A stretch of DNA of 36,618 nucleotides from a virus. Lineage: Duplodnaviria > Caudoviricetes. A model generated the notes under the pieces. It was given only the letters and a program-made list of their open reading frames with translations. It was not told where the DNA came from and made no database searches. The stretch spans positions 1 through 36,618 of IMG/VR virus record IMGVR_UViG_3300033741_000186; one strand, written 5' to 3'. The first letter of the stretch is position 1, and the number at the start of each line of letters is the position of its first letter. Made by a program: the position numbers and the translations under genes. Shown piece after piece: positions 7,856-16,671 of this stretch.

Positions 7856-9873
7856 TCTCCACGAGTGACGCCGAGCGCTATGCTGAGCCCCTTGCGGCCA
7901 TCTACCGAGATGCAGAGCTGCGCATCCTGAACACCATTACGCAAGCACTCGCCGAGGGTGTAGACGCCCCAAGCTGGGAGCAGTTGCAGCTCGGGAGAAT
8001 GCAGCGCGTGCGCAAGCTGGCCGTTGCCGAGCTGGAGACGGTCAACGCTGCGGCCGCCGTCGAGATCCAGCGCGCCCTCAACTCGGCCTATTCGGATGGG
8101 GCCGCTAGTGCGTTTGCTGACGCGGCCGGGGTGCTTGACCCTATCGAGGCGCTACCCGCTCAACGCATCGCCGCCGTCAAGCGCCTAACCGCTGCAACCA
8201 TAGACGGCCTCAGCTCGGCCGAGAATGCCATGCTGCGCTCGGTTGACGACGTTTACCGTGCCGTCGTGGCCCAGAGCGTTGCGGGCGTCGTAGCGGGCGA
8301 CGTGACGCGCCGGGCGGCCACTCAGTCAGCCATCGACCAGTTTCTAAGCAAGGGCATAACCGCCGTGCAGACACGGCGCGGCAAGATGGACATTGCGACC
8401 TACTCAACGATGGCAATGCGCACCGCAGCAGCCCGCTCCACCCTTGAGGGGCACACTGAAACAATGGGCGAGCTGGGGCTGGATCTCGTCACGATCAACC
8501 CCGGCCCGAGGCCCTGCGATATTTGTGACAAGTGGGCCAGTAAGCTCCTCGCCGTGCGTGGCCCTGTCGGCCGCCTAGAGCTAAAGGATCTCGCGGGAGA
8601 GGGCACGGTTAGCGTCGTTGTGGATGCGACGCTGGACGAGGCACGCTCTGACGGTTTCGGGCACCCTAACGACCGCTGTAACCTGAAATCGTTTATGCCG
8701 GGGATCTCGACCAAAGAGGATCTAAAGCGACCCCCGTGGGATGAGGACGGATACCGGGCGCAGCAGGGCCAGCGGGCCAACGAGCGCCAGATTAGGGCAT
8801 GGAAAACGCGCGAGGCCACAAGTATCGACCCGCGCCGGGCAGCAGAGGCCCGCCAGAACGTCAAGCACTGGCAGCAGGTGCAACGCGATCATATGGACGC
8901 CAACCCATTCCTAAAGCGCCAGTCAAAGCGGGAGCAGATAGGCGGCATTTTCAGCGGCAACGAGCGCACCGCTGTAGACCTGCGCCAGCTCGACCAGTTC
9001 AGCCCTACGGCCAAGGCCATAAAGGCGGCCAGCTCGACGCCGTTGCTCGACAAGCTGCCCAAGCTCAAGCGCGCCGAGACTCTAGGCGACGCGACTAAAG
9101 GGCTCACGGCCAACCCGGGCAACGGGCTAGACGACCTGTATGGAGTCAACTGCACCTATGTCGTGGCGGCCGCCGAGATGCGCGCCCGGGGGCTTGACGT
9201 GATCGCGCGCCCGCTGGATCTCTCCCAGTCGGCGGGCGGCGGTGGCCGCTCGCTCGTGCAGGTGCGCACAGAGTGGCGCTCTACGCTCAACCCCGGGGCT
9301 GAGTTTGTATATTACAAGGGTGGCAGGCGCGGGCTCGATAAGGGGCTGATTGAGGACTGGCCAGACGGTGCTCGCGGTTTCGTAAATATCGAGTGGCGTG
9401 GTGGCGGTGCCCATATTTTCAACGTGGGAAAAGTGGACGGCAAAGTCGTCTACTACGACGGCCAGCGCTCGGCTCCTGACATTGACGGCTATTTTGCCAG
9501 CCGCAAAAACGGCACAGGGTTTTTCGTCATGCGCACAGATGACCTAGAGCTAACCGAGGAGCTGAACGATCTAGTCTATGCAGCAGATGGGCCCGAGGCC
9601 ATAAAGCTCGCGCAGGATCAGGCGGCCAAGGCCGCCAGCTCGGCAAAACTCAAGGCTGACGCTCAGGCCAAGATTGCAGCCGCCAAGGCCGCCGAGGCCG
9701 CTGGGGATCTCCCCATATTTCAGGCCGAGGTGGACAAGCTGCAAGACAACCTCAAAAAGGCCCGCGAGCTGTTTGGCGACGATGACGCCGCGCCCCCTAT
9801 CGCCCGCCTGCTGAGTCGTCTAAAGGTGGCCGAGGAGTCGCTGGACGAGGCGCGCAAGAGGTCGAGCAGTTGA
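7852..9873 (+). CDS. Minor capsid protein (Phage_min_cap2/MuF-like) fused to a papain-fold toxin domain
   Basis: N-terminal PCDICDKW, GFGHPNDRC, QRANERQIRAWK and KRQSKREQI motifs; C-terminal NC (9148-9153), GGGAH (His 9412-9414) and YYDGQ (Asp 9457-9459). Confidence 0.85.
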   Translation: MISTSDAERYAEPLAAIYRDAELRILNTITQALAEGVDAPSWEQLQLGRMQRVRKLAVAELETVNAAAAVEIQRALNSAYSDGAASAFADAAGVLDPIEALPAQRIAAVKRLTAATIDGLSSAENAMLRSVDDVYRAVVAQSVAGVVAGDVTRRAATQSAIDQFLSKGITAVQTRRGKMDIATYSTMAMRTAAARSTLEGHTETMGELGLDLVTINPGPRPCDICDKWASKLLAVRGPVGRLELKDLAGEGTVSVVVDATLDEARSDGFGHPNDRCNLKSFMPGISTKEDLKRPPWDEDGYRAQQGQRANERQIRAWKTREATSIDPRRAAEARQNVKHWQQVQRDHMDANPFLKRQSKREQIGGIFSGNERTAVDLRQLDQFSPTAKAIKAASSTPLLDKLPKLKRAETLGDATKGLTANPGNGLDDLYGVNCTYVVAAAEMRARGLDVIARPLDLSQSAGGGGRSLVQVRTEWRSTLNPGAEFVYYKGGRRGLDKGLIEDWPDGARGFVNIEWRGGGAHIFNVGKVDGKVVYYDGQRSAPDIDGYFASRKNGTGFFVMRTDDLELTEELNDLVYAADGPEAIKLAQDQAAKAASSAKLKADAQAKIAAAKAAEAAGDLPIFQAEVDKLQDNLKKARELFGDDDAAPPIARLLSRLKVAEESLDEARKRSSS

Positions 9874-9909
9874 CAACTAAACCGCGTTAGGGTGTAGGGT
9901 GTCTATACA
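9870..9909 (+). promoter_or_regulatory. Early promoter with operator, overlapping the toxin stop codon
   Basis: TTGACA(9870)-19 nt-TAGGGT; TGTAG-GGTGT-CTATACA. Confidence 0.7.
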
Positions 9910-9939
9910 TCAACCGTTAGCCACTCGAAAGGGCCAGCC

Positions 9940-10482
9940 ATGAACGCCGAAACCGCCACCGCATTCGTCTCAAACCTTGAGGCCCCCGAGGTGTACGCCG
10001 CCAAGGCCGCCGATTGCCGCAAGCGCAGCGCCGAGTCATGGGAACGCAGCGACTCAGATGGATTTCTCAGCCAGTGGGCCAACGACAAGGTAGCCCTTGA
10101 CTACGATTACGCCGCATCTGTTGCCGCAAACGGTGGCAAGCTGGAGGATCTAGCCCTATTTTTCAACGGCCAGCTCGCCAGCCATAAGCAGCTCAATGGC
10201 CAGTGGGGCATTTACTGGGTGCTCAACGACGAGGCTGCCGAGGCATACGGCAAGCGTTTTTTTAGCGGCTCAAACGCCAAAAACTCGGTGCAGCGCGACC
10301 GGGCTAAGGGTTTCACTTATGGCACGGTTTCAATCGTGGCTCTGTTCAGCCAGCGCACGGGTGACGTATTCCCGCACCCCGAGGCGCTTGCCGCTGGACA
10401 GTTCGAGATCCTTAGCACAGATGGCGCGTATGACCATATCGAGCAGGGTGAGGCCGACCGCATTGCCGAGGCCCGCGCATGA
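9940..10482 (+). CDS. Hypothetical early protein
   Basis: SD GAAAGGG; the ESWERSDSDGFLSQWA motif recalls an unannotated actinophage family (from memory). Confidence 0.8.
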   Translation: MNAETATAFVSNLEAPEVYAAKAADCRKRSAESWERSDSDGFLSQWANDKVALDYDYAASVAANGGKLEDLALFFNGQLASHKQLNGQWGIYWVLNDEAAEAYGKRFFSGSNAKNSVQRDRAKGFTYGTVSIVALFSQRTGDVFPHPEALAAGQFEILSTDGAYDHIEQGEADRIAEARA

Positions 10483-10742
10483 CTGAAACGGGAAATACCC
10501 TAGTCGTATCATTCCCAGACCCCGCCGAAATGGAAACCATCAGGCTCGGGCGAATTCTTATTGACGCATACGAGTGGGCGATGACTTATGGCGTCGTGGC
10601 CCACGCCCTGCGCGTCGAGGAGCGCCCACTAGGCCAAACCCGCGCACTCTATGTTGTTGCCACCGTCAGAGGCGAGGAGTACGCCGAGCCGCTACGGGCC
10701 GCCGAGACGCAGGCGGCCCGCAAGGCTGCTAAGAATGGCTAG
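10479..10742 (+). CDS. Hypothetical protein
   Basis: ATGA overlap. Confidence 0.7.
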   Translation: MTETGNTLVVSFPDPAEMETIRLGRILIDAYEWAMTYGVVAHALRVEERPLGQTRALYVVATVRGEEYAEPLRAAETQAARKAAKNG

Positions 10743-10779
10743 ACGGCACCGAGCCGCCAGCCCGAGAGGAGAACTGGAA

Positions 10780-11070
10780 ATGCTGACATTTGAGGAGGCC
10801 CGCGAGATCGCGCTGCCCCAAATCCAAGAGGTTTACAAAGAGGGCCCGGCGATGACCGTGGCCGAGCACGGCTGGGAGGACGAGACGCACTTTGCGCTCA
10901 TCATCGAGCCGGTCGTGCCCGAGCCCGGCAATATGATCGTTGACGACGTGCAGACGCTCATCACGAAACGGGGCGGGATCTTGCAGCAGGTCAACGCGCT
11001 CGACAACCTTGGCCGCGAGTGGGCTGAGGTGGGCGACTGGCCCGAGCTGGACGAGGAGGCGGGCGCATGA
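10780..11070 (+). CDS. Small acidic protein, candidate toxin immunity protein (Imm35/YrhB-like)
   Basis: SD GAGAGGAG; MLTFEEAREIA...GWEDETHF...LITKRGG pattern; lies close to the papain-fold toxin. Confidence 0.5.
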   Translation: MLTFEEAREIALPQIQEVYKEGPAMTVAEHGWEDETHFALIIEPVVPEPGNMIVDDVQTLITKRGGILQQVNALDNLGREWAEVGDWPELDEEAGA

Positions 11071-11486
11071 GCGTTCACAAGCTGGAGGTCGTCGCCGAGG
11101 GTGGCGAGCTGCGGTTTGAGCTGCGCTGCACAGCAACGGCGGGCGCTGATTGCCGTATGAGGCCCACAGATGACCGTGAGAGCTGGAGCGTTGGCGATCC
11201 CGGCCTAGTACCCGGCGAGTGCTGGGCGGTTGACTACATCGCCGCAGGGACGTTTGAGGAGTTCGCACAAGTCAACCCCGAGGGAGTCATCGCCAGCTTG
11301 CCGGTATCGGTTGAGTATGACGAGGCGGTGGCCATAACTGTCGTGCCCGAGCATACGATGCTGCCCGAGCCCCCGCCTATCGAGGCGGGCGAGCACGCGC
11401 CCTATTGCGTCCATCGAGAGCACCCGCCCGGCTGGGCCTGTCAAAAGAAATGCCTGAGCTGTGGCGGCAAGGGATTGCTGCCGTGA
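11067..11486 (+). CDS. Hypothetical Cys-rich protein
   Basis: ATGA overlap; C-terminal HxxxCxHxxH...C...CxxCxGxG. Confidence 0.7.
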   Translation: MSVHKLEVVAEGGELRFELRCTATAGADCRMRPTDDRESWSVGDPGLVPGECWAVDYIAAGTFEEFAQVNPEGVIASLPVSVEYDEAVAITVVPEHTMLPEPPPIEAGEHAPYCVHREHPPGWACQKKCLSCGGKGLLP

Positions 11487-11683
11487 CCGCGACCCGTGAG
11501 GTAACGATATGGTGCGACACGGCCCCGGCGCAGCCCAAGATGAGCTGCGGAATGTTTGTGCAGAGCAGCGGCACGGCGACAGATTTGCGCGGCGAGCTGC
11601 GTCGCTCGGGGTGGACGCATCGCGCGGGCCGAGACTACTGCCGGGGGTGCAGCGACGATCTCAAGGCGGCTCGTTCTGGCTGA
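11483..11683 (+). CDS. Small Zn-ribbon-like protein
   Basis: GTGA overlap; WCD...C...GW...DYCRGC. Confidence 0.7.
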   Translation: MTATREVTIWCDTAPAQPKMSCGMFVQSSGTATDLRGELRRSGWTHRAGRDYCRGCSDDLKAARSG

Positions 11684-11691
11684 GCGTGAGA

Positions 11692-11776
11692 CGCCCCTGC
11701 CGAGTCTGGGGGGACATTCGACAGGGGCGCTAGCTGCAACGTCCCGTGAGCCGCTGGGCTATCGACGCGGCAGCGG
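11692..11776 (+). terminator. Tandem hairpins closing the inserted cassette
   Basis: Stems CGCCCCTG/CAGGGGCG and GCCGCTG/CAGCGGC. Confidence 0.45.
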
Positions 11777-11846
11777 CCCCAGTGTATCCCCTAACCGCTA
11801 TGCTTGGCCATGACACGGCAGGTTGCCGAGATATGGAGATCCACGC

Positions 11847-12632
11847 ATGAGTGACGCAGCAGCATCGACCCCCACGCCCGCAGCGGCAGCAGCATCGGCG
11901 GCAGCGGCCCCGAGCCCCACGCCAGCGGCACCCGCAGCAGCAACCCCGGCAGCAACCCCGAGCCCGGCAGATGCAGCCGCAGCGGCAGCAGCCCCGGCCC
12001 CCTCGGCAGATGCCGACAAGGGTGGCGCGGTCGATATGACCGGATGGCCAGCCGAGGCCGTCGAGGCCGTCGAAAAGGCAAACAGGGCTGCGGCCGGTTA
12101 CCAAAAAGAGGCAGGCAATCAGCGCATCAACGCCAAGAAAACGGCAGCCGAGACGGCAACCAAGGCGGCAGCTAAGGCCATCAATGACGCCCTCGGGATT
12201 GAGACGCCAGACGATGCCCCCGTGACCATCGAGCAGGTTACGGCCGAGGTGGGCAAGACCAAGACCGAGCTGGCCGACACAAAGCGCGGCGCGGCCGTCA
12301 CGACCGAGGCGTGGGCTCAGGGCATCGACCCCGCCAAGGCTGACTATCTCCAATTCAAGCTCAGCAAGAATGCAGAGTTTTCGGCGATTGATATGACCGC
12401 AGACGATTCTGGCGATAAGGTAAGAGCAGCAGTTGCGGCTCAGATCGCAGCAGACCCGACACTTAAGCTCACGGGTGGAGCACAGGCGTCGGGAGTCGAA
12501 GACCTTGCCGGTGGCAGTGTGACGACAATCACCCCCGAGGCGTGGGCTCAAATGCCTATGGCCAAGCGGGGCGAAATCTACAAAACCGACAAGGCGACCT
12601 ATGACAAGCTCACAGGTAACGCCTCAGCATAG
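11847..12632 (+). CDS. Capsid scaffolding protein
   Basis: Ala/Pro-rich N-terminus, coiled coil, directly upstream of the major capsid gene; SD GGAG. Confidence 0.85.
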   Translation: MSDAAASTPTPAAAAASAAAAPSPTPAAPAAATPAATPSPADAAAAAAAPAPSADADKGGAVDMTGWPAEAVEAVEKANRAAAGYQKEAGNQRINAKKTAAETATKAAAKAINDALGIETPDDAPVTIEQVTAEVGKTKTELADTKRGAAVTTEAWAQGIDPAKADYLQFKLSKNAEFSAIDMTADDSGDKVRAAVAAQIAADPTLKLTGGAQASGVEDLAGGSVTTITPEAWAQMPMAKRGEIYKTDKATYDKLTGNASA

Positions 12633-12650
12633 TTCTGAGAGGACTATCTA

Positions 12651-13568
12651 ATGGCTCAAACAACTACCGCCGACCTGATTATCCCAGACGTATGGGCTGA
12701 CGCGGTTGGCCCCACGATCCTCGGCCGTGCCGTCATGGTTGGCCTTGCCGACGTTGACGACCAGCTTGCGGGACAGCCCGGCGAGACTGTCATCTTCCCC
12801 AAGTTCGACTACATTGGCGACGCTGACGACCTCACTGAGGGCGTTGCGATGGGGACGACCGCGCTCACCATGAGCGACAGCCGTGCCACCATCAAGGAGG
12901 CCGGTAAGGCTCTGGAGCTGACTGACAGTGCAACACTGTCGGCCCTCGGCAATCCAAACTCGCAGGCACAGATCCAGCTCGGCCTTGCGGTTGCCCGCAA
13001 GATTGACAAAGACCTGCGCGCTGCTGCCGAGTACACCTCAGCGGCCATCGGCATCCCCAGCGATAGCGACTATCAAGCAGCCACCGCGCCGCTCGATATT
13101 GCCACCGTGGGGCCGCTCTCGTGGAACGTTCTCACGCAGGCGACCGCACTGTGGGGCGACGAGTATGACCCCGCAGAGGTTGCTGGCCTCGTCATCCACT
13201 CGGCGCAGCACCAACAGCTCCTCAATGACGCCAATTTCCTGAGTGCCGACAAGTTCGGCGAGGGCGCGGTTATCCAGCGCGGGCAGATTGGACGTATCGG
13301 GCAGATGCCGGTATTCGTCTCTGACCGCGCCACGGTGATCGTGGACAATGACGGCGTGACTGCGGGCAACCAGCCCGGCGTCAAGGCCCTGCTCATCCGC
13401 AAGGGTGCGCTTGCGCTCAAGTACAAGCGCCGCCCGATTGTCGAGACTGACCGCGACATTCTCAAGCGCACAAACGTCATCACGACGAACGTGCATTACG
13501 CAACCAAGCGGATTGACGACCGGGGCGTCGTGGTTATTTCCACTAGCTCTGATCTCGTCACCGCGTAA
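12651..13568 (+). CDS. Major capsid protein (N4-gp56-like)
   Basis: LIIPDVWAD, L.GQPGETV.FPKF.YIGDA, VETDRDILKR motifs. Confidence 0.93.
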   Translation: MAQTTTADLIIPDVWADAVGPTILGRAVMVGLADVDDQLAGQPGETVIFPKFDYIGDADDLTEGVAMGTTALTMSDSRATIKEAGKALELTDSATLSALGNPNSQAQIQLGLAVARKIDKDLRAAAEYTSAAIGIPSDSDYQAATAPLDIATVGPLSWNVLTQATALWGDEYDPAEVAGLVIHSAQHQQLLNDANFLSADKFGEGAVIQRGQIGRIGQMPVFVSDRATVIVDNDGVTAGNQPGVKALLIRKGALALKYKRRPIVETDRDILKRTNVITTNVHYATKRIDDRGVVVISTSSDLVTA

Positions 13569-13585
13569 GCAGAGGAGCTAGGCGC

Positions 13586-14044
13586 ATGGGCATGATGCTA
13601 CGGCGTTACCATGAGCCACTGACCAAGGCGGCCGCGCGTAAAAGCGCGGCCGCTAAGGCCGTGGCAGAAAAGACCCCCGAGCAGCTAGAGGCCGCCCGAG
13701 TCAAGGCCGAGAAAAAGGCCGCCGACAAGGCTGAGAAAAAGGCCGCAAAAAAGGCCCTCAAGAATGTCGAGCTGGCAAAGGTTGAGCCCGAGGCAGACGC
13801 AAGCGAGGCCGAGCAGTTTGCCATCGTGGAGACGGCTGACGGCAAGACCATCGGCGATGGCGAAAGCCTCGCCACTCTTGAGCCAAGCGATAAGCACGGC
13901 GATCTCGATATGCCTAACCGTGGCAGCTCTAAGCAGAACTGGCTGGATTACACCGCAGCCGACCCTGCTGGATCTCCCGAGGGTTACGAGGAGCTGACGC
14001 GCGACGCGCTGGCCGAGCTTTACATGGGCCCCCGGGCCGAATAA
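13586..14044 (+). CDS. Capsid-adjacent virion-associated protein
   Basis: MGMMLRRY start, Lys/Ala-rich segment, C-terminal P...SK..WLDY...TRDAL helical motif. Confidence 0.7.
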   Translation: MGMMLRRYHEPLTKAAARKSAAAKAVAEKTPEQLEAARVKAEKKAADKAEKKAAKKALKNVELAKVEPEADASEAEQFAIVETADGKTIGDGESLATLEPSDKHGDLDMPNRGSSKQNWLDYTAADPAGSPEGYEELTRDALAELYMGPRAE

Positions 14045-14050
14045 CGACTA

Positions 14051-14195
14051 GCGAGGCGAGGGGTCAACGTGGGAAAACTGTTTCAGACATTCACTCCTCA
14101 CGATGGGCGACTGGGCGGTGCCGTGGCAGGTAATGCTAGGTCAACAGTGCCTAATTTCCCATTGCCTGTAGCGGCGTCCCAGCCTCTCGCCTCGC
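14051..14195 (+). ncRNA. Candidate structured RNA (three-way junction)
   Basis: 13-bp closing stem 14051-63/14183-95, arm 14064-73/14097-106, long arm 14111-41/14149-82; many G-U pairs. Confidence 0.55.
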
Positions 14196-14214
14196 ACTCC
14201 CCCGAAAGGCTCTA

Positions 14215-14715
14215 ATGCTCCTCTACGCAACGCCCGCCGAGCTGGCGGCCTACATCGACCCGGATGCTGTAGCCCCGGCACCCCCGGCGCTGGCGACCGT
14301 GTTGCTGCGCTCAGCGTCTCAGCTCGTGCTGGACGCCATCGCTGCGGCACGCTATGCAGCTACGGCTGAGGGCTTGCCCAAGGATGCGACCCTCTTGGCG
14401 GCCGTGCAGAACGCCACGATGGAGCAGGCGAGCGCGTGGAGCTTGCACAGCATCGACCCGCGCAAGGGTGCCGCATCGGCTGCCCGGCGCGTGGCATCCA
14501 AAAGTCTTACCGGCGTGGCCGTCTCTTATGTCAAGGATGACGCAGCCGACACAGCCGCGAGCGAGCTGGCCTCGGGCAAGTCGCTCACGAGGCCCGCATG
14601 GCTCATTCTTGATAACGCCGGGCTGATTAGTAACCGTGTGCGCACTGGTTCGGGCGGCGTGGAAACATTCAACGTTGCCCAGCGCTACTATGACCCGCTG
14701 ACTGGCGCGCTCTAG
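14215..14715 (+). CDS. Head-to-tail adaptor
   Basis: YATPAELAAY...LLRSAS...NATMEQA motifs; synteny. Confidence 0.8.
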   Translation: MLLYATPAELAAYIDPDAVAPAPPALATVLLRSASQLVLDAIAAARYAATAEGLPKDATLLAAVQNATMEQASAWSLHSIDPRKGAASAARRVASKSLTGVAVSYVKDDAADTAASELASGKSLTRPAWLILDNAGLISNRVRTGSGGVETFNVAQRYYDPLTGAL

Positions 14716-15065
14716 TGGCTACCGAGTTTGAGGAGCTGTTTGGCGAGTGGGGCCAAGATTCTAACGGCTACCCGCTGCCGCTGCTCGTTGAGCCGTACCT
14801 AGGGTTTACCTCTACCGGCCCCAAGTTTGGGCCATCGGTCGATCATGCCGGGCTCGTGCAACTCCCGCAGGATAAGCTCGTGCTGACCTCACAGGGCAAC
14901 GAGGCGACAAGCTCAGCGCTCGTCTACGCCCCCCTAAGCATGGCGGGGGATTTCCCCCTACACAGTCGAGTTACGCTCGCCAGCGGGCGACAGGCGGCCG
15001 TTTTGAGCATCGGCAGCCCTGACGTATACGGCATATTTGGCTTTATGGTGCTGAACCTTGAGTGA
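14715..15065 (+). CDS. Head-to-tail stopper/closure protein
   Basis: Synteny; VEPYLG...GP.FG and SRVTL.SGR motifs. Confidence 0.7.
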   Translation: MATEFEELFGEWGQDSNGYPLPLLVEPYLGFTSTGPKFGPSVDHAGLVQLPQDKLVLTSQGNEATSSALVYAPLSMAGDFPLHSRVTLASGRQAAVLSIGSPDVYGIFGFMVLNLE

Positions 15066-15438
15066 GGGTTTCGGCGGCGTCGATAAATTTATCGCCAACC
15101 TCAAGGGGCTCGGCGTCAACGTACACAAGGGCGGCATCCGTGGGATGCGTCTGGCGTCCGCCAATACTCTGAACGTATCTAACAAACAGGTGCCCCACGA
15201 GGAGGGCGACCTAGAGCGCGATGGCGGCACGTCGGTAGACGAGCGCAACCTGATTGCAGCGGTTTCCTACGGGCGCACAGCGGATACTCGCAAGTATGCC
15301 GAGCGCCAGCACGAGGACATGAACCTTAAGCACGACTCGGGCCGTAACGCTAAGTTTCTTGAGAACGCCCTCAACTCCACCCGGGCCCAGAACTTGCAGA
15401 TAATCGCCGAGGCCATCAAGAAAGAGAGCCTAATATGA
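15058..15438 (+). CDS. Neck/tail-completion protein (HK97 gp10-like)
   Basis: VPHEEGDLERDG, YAERQHE and AKFLENAL motifs. Confidence 0.75.
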   Translation: MSEGFGGVDKFIANLKGLGVNVHKGGIRGMRLASANTLNVSNKQVPHEEGDLERDGGTSVDERNLIAAVSYGRTADTRKYAERQHEDMNLKHDSGRNAKFLENALNSTRAQNLQIIAEAIKKESLI

Positions 15439-15896
15439 GCCCCTTAGCCCCCTCTTTCGAGCAGCGCGTGCTTGAGGGTTTCGCCACCGTGCTCGCGGCC
15501 AACCCTGACGCCACCGTGCCCCTCGCTTACTCGGTAGATCCTGAGTACGTTTTCACGGCTGGACAGGTTGCCATTGTGCTCGACACTTGGCCCGAAAGCA
15601 CTGGCGGCATTGTGGCGATCACTGACTACACCGTGACCGACGACCCGAGCCTGTCTAACTCGGTAATTGGCGTGCAGGTGACTATCTGGCATAAGGATCG
15701 CCTGACCGTCAAGGCCATCGCTGCCGACGTGTTCAACCTCATCCACGGGCGCGCTCGCGGTATGCTAGGCACCATCACGTTAGTATCTGCTCTGAGAACG
15801 TCGGGAACGAGTTTAGGGCAAGACTCAAACGAGCGGCAGGGCCGCGTTGAGAATTACTATCTAGGCGTATATCGACCATCGACTAACCGGCTCTGA
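15435..15896 (+). CDS. Tail terminator
   Basis: SLGQDSNER...VENYYL motif; directly upstream of the major tail gene. Confidence 0.75.
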   Translation: MSPLAPSFEQRVLEGFATVLAANPDATVPLAYSVDPEYVFTAGQVAIVLDTWPESTGGIVAITDYTVTDDPSLSNSVIGVQVTIWHKDRLTVKAIAADVFNLIHGRARGMLGTITLVSALRTSGTSLGQDSNERQGRVENYYLGVYRPSTNRL

Positions 15897-15909
15897 AAGG
15901 CTTTAAATA

Positions 15910-16659
15910 ATGGCTAACACCGTACCGGCTCGCGCTCCACTCGGCGCGAGCACAACTAACCGCAAATGGTATCTCGACGTTGAAGATCCCGCAGCCCCCG
16001 GCGTCCCTGTCGGCGTTTTCGGCATGGGAGAATTCAAGTTCAAGCCATCCGAGGCGACGCAGCAGGATGACTCTGATATGGACTCCGAGGGTTTCAAGTC
16101 GTCCACCGTCACCGCGCTCGCATGGGGCGGCGAGGGCAAGCTGCACCGCAAGACGCTCAGCAGCGACGGCACGGCCTACGATCCCGGGCAAGAGATCCTG
16201 CGCCGCGCATCCCGAGGCATGGGCAACGCCAACCGCGTTAAGGTGCGCGTCTACGAGATGGAACCGGATGGCCCCCGCGTTGAGGCGTACAGCGGTTACT
16301 GCCTCGCAACGTGGTCACCTGACGGCGGCGGCATGGACGCACTCGATACCGTGAGCTTTGCGCTCGTGGGACAGGGCAAGTGCAGCGAGATCGCACACCC
16401 CGAGGGCGTCGTGGCCGTGCCGGTTATCCAGTCGGCACTGCCATCGGGCGCTGTTGCTGGCGCGACCGTGGCAATCGAGGGCGCACACTTTGCCGACGTT
16501 GCCGGGGCATCGGGCGTCAAGTTCGGCGCAACGAATGCGACGAGCTACAACGTTCTCAGCGATGGCACTATTCTCGCGGTCGTCCCAGCGGGCGCTGCGG
16601 GCTCGGCCCCCATCACCGTAGGAACGGGCGAGGTTTACCCGTACACGCGCGGCGCATAG
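15910..16659 (+). CDS. Major tail tube protein with a C-terminal IPT/TIG Ig-like domain
   Basis: YDPGQEILR motif; C-terminal PSGA.AGATV.IEG..F.....VKFG...A.SY.V.SD..I.AVVP. Confidence 0.9.
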   Translation: MANTVPARAPLGASTTNRKWYLDVEDPAAPGVPVGVFGMGEFKFKPSEATQQDDSDMDSEGFKSSTVTALAWGGEGKLHRKTLSSDGTAYDPGQEILRRASRGMGNANRVKVRVYEMEPDGPRVEAYSGYCLATWSPDGGGMDALDTVSFALVGQGKCSEIAHPEGVVAVPVIQSALPSGAVAGATVAIEGAHFADVAGASGVKFGATNATSYNVLSDGTILAVVPAGAAGSAPITVGTGEVYPYTRGA

Positions 16660-16671
16660 TCAACCGCTACA

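Noticed and set aside
11730-12551. Long minus-strand Cys/Arg-rich ORF (273 aa) and similar antisense ORFs in the track
   Set aside because: These are shadow frames of GC-rich, Ala/Pro-rich plus-strand genes, with no SD or promoter support
14051-14195. tRNA, hammerhead or other ribozyme, SRP or riboswitch identity for the structured RNA
   Set aside because: No cloverleaf or T-loop, no CUGANGA/GAAA core, no SRP motif recognised
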